A stretch of 63,222 nt of DNA, filler included, from Octopus bimaculoides (taxonomy: Eukaryota): the NCBI RefSeq assembly GCF_001194135.2. It is 7 parts of 5 records of this genome, joined end to end, with 100 filler letters (N's around TTAATTAATTAA, not from the genome) between each part and the next. Parts side by side here need not be neighbours in the genome. Positions count along the whole stretch, not along the records: positions 60,656 to 62,012 come from NC_068988.1; positions 62,113 to 63,222 come from NC_068985.1; 5 more parts are not named here. One strand, given 5' to 3'. Below the pieces are notes generated by a model. That model did not search any database. It was not told the DNA's origin and was given only the letters and a program-made list of their open reading frames with translations. Made by a program: the position numbers and the translations under genes. Shown in pieces: positions 61,626 through 63,222 of the stretch. Positions within the stretch are counted from its first letter, which is position 1. Each line of letters starts with the position of its first letter.

Positions 61626-62917
61626 TACATTTATAATGAAGTTCACTGATTTCCAATGTGTTGTCCATAAGCTCCGTAGTTTGTATATTTACAAAACATT
61701 GACAAACATGAGTTATCTTGTAGTGAATGCTTGTGTGTACGTGCGCGTGTATACGTTTGAGAGAGCGAGAGAGAAGAAGGAGAGAGCGAGAGAGAAGAAG
61801 GAGAGAGGAAAAGTGAGAGAGGGGGAGAAAGGAATAGAGAACGGGAGCAATGAAGAAAGAGAAAGAGAGGAAGGGAGAACGGAAGACAGTTATAAAATAG
61901 CAATGCGTGCACATGTCTATATAAAAAAAAATGACAGGTATTTGTATGTATGTGTGTATTGATGTGCATTCTGTGTGTATATATATATGGTAGTAAGTAA
62001 ATGCGTTTTAAGNNNNNNNNNNNNNNNNNNNNNNNNNNNNNNNNNNNNNNNNNNNNTTAATTAATTAANNNNNNNNNNNNNNNNNNNNNNNNNNNNNNNN
62101 NNNNNNNNNNNNCAGTAAGAAGAAAACAAAACAAAATGCAAACACAAACAAAGCAGGGAGATTCACATCTCTCGAAAATACTACTAACACCAATAGTAAT
62201 ATAAAAAAAAGAATGCTAACAGCAATAGACAGTACAAACACAGAGTTGATGAATTACATCAACTTTAAAACAAACATCACAAATAACGATATCAAAACCA
62301 ACACCCACCCACGTACAACACCGCCAAAACACATTAAAATTATTCATGTAACACCAGCATTACACAACACAATAAAATCACTCTACCCCAACTCGGTAGG
62401 GGGATTCCAGAAATATTTGTGCAAGAAATTGTACAATAGAAATACAAAGCTGTGATCATTTGATCCACATGTTTTGAAAATATCATTTCCAATGAGTGCA
62501 TGTTGAAGGAGGAAATTTAAAACTGCCCTAGACAATACTCTGCATGCTTCAGATGGCACAGAAACAGAGTCCTTGTAAATAAACAGCTGAGTCACCGTAC
62601 CAAGTTTTTGCCTGAATAGGTAGTTTTAATCTTTACTTTCTAAAACTGAAGACATACTTAAGCACTGTCTTCAATGGTTTTAGTGGATGTCAACCCCTCA
62701 ATACTTGGTCTGATATTGCTTGTTATATACCATGTATGTGTGTGTATGCATATGTATATACACACGTACATACATACAAACATACAGAGAGAGGGATTCC
62801 GAGTGGGAAAGAAGGTTCACAATATACGCGAAAATATGAACATAGAAGACAAATTAAAAACAACTTATTGATACTTTTGACGCTCAATGAAGTGATCAAG
62901 AAAATGAAAGTGTGTTT

Positions 62918-63062
62918 GACGGTTCGAATATTGCTCTCTTTTTACAGAAAACAGAAGACGAAGACAAGTGAAGGAACAACAAGCAGGTGTATTAGTTTAA
63001 CACTCGGGGGAAAAAATGGAAAAGGCCTTGATGTTTCGAGCCTACCCTCTTCGACAGAAAGT
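62918..63062 (-). repeat. Decayed hammerhead-like units of the same family as 25539-25802
   Basis: Minus strand CTGTCGAAGAGGGTAGGCTCGAAACATCAAGG (63026-63057), plus a more degenerate unit at 62918-62947. Confidence 0.5.
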
Positions 63063-63222
63063 ATTGAGAGAGAAAAAGCGGAGATAGAAGAAAAAAAGAG
63101 AAAATGGAATGAGAAAAAATGTGTAGGGATTAACAGTTCAACATGATAAAATACATACATGTATATAAATGTATGTATGCCTAGGAGGAAACAAAACTTT
63201 CTAACGGTAAGTAACACTCCGT

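Noticed and set aside
62400-62455. tag|GG GGA TTC CAG AAA TAT would give G-G-F-Q-K-Y in the right phase for DUSP exon 2
   Set aside because: No polypyrimidine tract, no F...YP.LC continuation, a stop after 18 codons and no good donor. It lies in an A-rich ORF that looks more like a retroelement relic.

Overview
This is an AT-rich, microsatellite-dense eukaryotic scaffold with about 7 kb of N gaps. The repeat repertoire (tRNA-headed SINEs with internal TA/TG tracts, Penelope-type relics) points to a cephalopod, probably Octopus; that is an inference. The only host coding sequence I can support is the first coding exon (46725-47085, +) of a MAP-kinase phosphatase of the DUSP1/2/4/5 group. It encodes the rhodanese domain and kinase-interaction motif and ends at a phase-1 GT donor in the same position as vertebrate DUSP1 intron 1. 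I found no exon 2, so 47086-63222 is probably intron (or exon 2 is hidden in a gap). The rest is SINEs, decayed LINE/Penelope fragments (R4/Dong-like, CR1-like, GIY-YIG), two mariner derivatives, several MITEs, Helitron-type elements and six artificial TTAATTAATTAA contig spacers. The most interesting signal is a set of hammerhead-ribozyme-like motifs. Two copies of one family (12530-12583 and 60375-60423, both +) keep the stem I pairing and an unusual C-A-UGANGA core, while stems II and III have different sequences that still pair. The second copy is in sense orientation in the presumed DUSP intron. Other notable items are several template-switch fold-back duplications and SINEs that appear to swap body and tail modules.
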